The position numbers were made by a program, and so were the translations under genes. A stretch of 64,000 bases of DNA from Edaphosphingomonas fennica. GTDB taxonomy: Bacteria > Pseudomonadota > Alphaproteobacteria > Sphingomonadales > Sphingomonadaceae. The stretch spans positions 107,772 through 171,771 of the forward strand of contig JAQIJD010000003.1 in NCBI GenBank assembly GCA_036946415.1. The letters are read 5' to 3'. This document shows, piece after piece, positions 62,348-64,000 of this stretch. A model generated the notes under the pieces. The model worked only from the letters and a program-made list of their open reading frames with translations, had not been told where the DNA came from and did not search any database. The stretch's first letter is position 1. The number at the start of each line of letters is the position of its first letter.

Positions 62348-64000
62348 ATGCGTAACCGTTCGATCGCCTTCGGGCTGGCGGCGCTCGCCGCAGCGCCTGC
62401 CGCCGCGCAGCAATTGCCCGAACCCGTCCAGACCCCCCAGCCCGCGGTCGGCCAGGCCGGCGATCAGAGCGGGGACGAGGTGGTCGTCACCGGCAGCCGC
62501 GGCCAGCAGCGGACGGTGACGGACAGTCCGACGCCGATCGACGTGCTGGGCGGGCCGGAGCTGGAGAAGACCGGGCGGCCCGGGCTGCTCTCCGCGCTCA
62601 ACACGCTCGTCCCCTCGTTCAACGTGCCGACCCGCGCCGGCGGCGGCACGTCCACCGTCATCTCCACGGGCGGCCTGCGCGGTCTCAACCCCGATCAGAC
62701 GCTGATCCTGGTCAACGGCAAGCGCCGCCACAAGACGTCGCTCATCAACGCCGTGTCGTCGCTCTACAACGGCTCGGTTCCGGTCGATCTCGATCTCGTC
62801 CCCACCTCGGCGATCGACCATATCGAGGTACTGCGCGATGGCGCCGCCGCCCAATATGGGTCGGACGCGATCGCAGGCGTCATCAACATCATCCTGAAGA
62901 AGCGGACCGACGGCGGCGACGCCAGCGTCACCGCCGGCCAGAATTTCGATCGGTCGGATGGCGAGAACTACCTCGGCCAGGTCGCCTACGGCATGGCGCT
63001 GGGCGATGCCGGCTATCTCGATCTGTCGCTCAACGGCCGCAAGCAGCTCCGCTCCAACCGCGCCATCCCGATCGACCGCAGCATCCAGCTCTACAATCGC
63101 ATCGGCGCGGGTGCCGCAGGCGTGCCCGATCCGCGCGAGGCGACAATCGACCGGCTCGTCACCACCAATTATGGCGCCTTCCCGGTCGAGGGAATCAACG
63201 GCGGCTACAATGCCGGCTACGATCTGGGCGGGGTCGAGCTTTACTCGTTCGGCACGTACAGCTGGCGCGATTCCGAACTGAACTTCACCTATCGCGCGCC
63301 CAACAACGCCGCCTCGCTGCCCGAAGTCTACCCCAACGGCTTCAGACCGCGTCTCAACATCCGCGAGCAGGATTATGAGTTCGCGCTGGGCGCGACGGGC
63401 GATATCGCCGGCTGGAACTGGGACGTGTCGACCACTTATGGCCGCAACCGATCGCGCCAGCAGGGCTACGACACGATCAACGCCTCGCTCGGCCCGAACA
63501 GCCCGACCTCCTTCTACGTCGGCACGCTGCGATCGACCGAATGGGTCAATTCGCTCGACGTGACGCGCGGGGTGCCGGTCGGCGGCGGCAACCTCCAATT
63601 GTCGGGCGGCCTCCAGCACCGGCGCGAGACCTATGCCGTGCTCCAGGGCAGCCCCGGCAGCTATGCCGCCGGCTCCGCTCCGGGCCAGACCTATTCCTAC
63701 ATCAACAGCGCCGGCGTCCGCGTCACGCCGCCGCCGGGCGCGCAGGCGGCGGCGGGCTTCACGCCGGCCGACGAAGGGCGGATCAGCCGCAACAATTATG
63801 CGGCCTATGTCGATGTCGCCTATGATCCCAGCGACCGGCTGACGCTGGGCGTCGCCGGCCGCTACGAACATTATGACGATGCGAGCGGCGATACGGTGAC
63901 GGGCAAGGCCAATGCCCGCTACGCCTTCACCGACTGGGTGGCGCTGCGCGGTGCCGTCTCCAACGGCTTCCGCGCACCGGCGCTGGCCCAGCAAATCTAT
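62348..64000 (+). CDS. TonB-dependent receptor, runs off the right edge
   Basis: Hand translation: signal peptide, EVVVTGSR, SPTPIDV, LRGLNPDQTLILVNGKRRH, IEVLRDGAAAQYGSDAIAGVINIILK. Confidence 0.93.
   Translation, partial: MRNRSIAFGLAALAAAPAAAQQLPEPVQTPQPAVGQAGDQSGDEVVVTGSRGQQRTVTDSPTPIDVLGGPELEKTGRPGLLSALNTLVPSFNVPTRAGGGTSTVISTGGLRGLNPDQTLILVNGKRRHKTSLINAVSSLYNGSVPVDLDLVPTSAIDHIEVLRDGAAAQYGSDAIAGVINIILKKRTDGGDASVTAGQNFDRSDGENYLGQVAYGMALGDAGYLDLSLNGRKQLRSNRAIPIDRSIQLYNRIGAGAAGVPDPREATIDRLVTTNYGAFPVEGINGGYNAGYDLGGVELYSFGTYSWRDSELNFTYRAPNNAASLPEVYPNGFRPRLNIREQDYEFALGATGDIAGWNWDVSTTYGRNRSRQQGYDTINASLGPNSPTSFYVGTLRSTEWVNSLDVTRGVPVGGGNLQLSGGLQHRRETYAVLQGSPGSYAAGSAPGQTYSYINSAGVRVTPPPGAQAAAGFTPADEGRISRNNYAAYVDVAYDPSDRLTLGVAGRYEHYDDASGDTVTGKANARYAFTDWVALRGAVSNGFRAPALAQQIY

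Overview
High-GC alphaproteobacterial chromosome segment, most likely Sphingomonadaceae (inferred from gene order, the absence of lpxD/A/B from the bamA-skp-fabZ cluster, and GTTC-N7-GTTC LexA and TTG-N17-TAG promoter motifs). Most of it is core genome: icd, psd-pssA, rpsB-tsf-pyrH-frr-uppS-cdsA-dxr-rseP-bamA-skp-fabZ-rpmE, chvI-chvG-hprK-rapZ-EIIA-HPr/pckA, guaB, lptD-surA-pdxA-rsmA, pepA-holC-ndk, purMN, hdaA-ppk1-ppx, mazG, metG-tatD, holB-tmk-dac-rlpA-mltB. Several genes carry single-base homopolymer indels that look like sequencing errors. Main non-routine observations: (1) a ~1.1 kb islet with no integrase at tRNA-Ser(UGA), where the native tRNA survives only as a 5' half and a different, complete tRNA-Ser(UGA) follows, then an AT-rich TIR-domain gene with an unrecognised C-terminal domain (candidate one-gene defence system held in place by an essential tRNA); (2) a XerCD dif site at 52765-52792 with KOPS-like octamers converging on it, so the window probably spans the replication terminus; (3) a LexA-boxed 73-aa membrane protein ending in -AA, divergent from rpsB (candidate SOS division inhibitor); (4) a 54-aa membrane microprotein next to dif, a MetRS with HIGF in place of HIGH, a TonB receptor plus secreted DUF218 pair, and an AraC plus orphan gene pair. 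All calls come from reading the sequence by eye; no searches were run.
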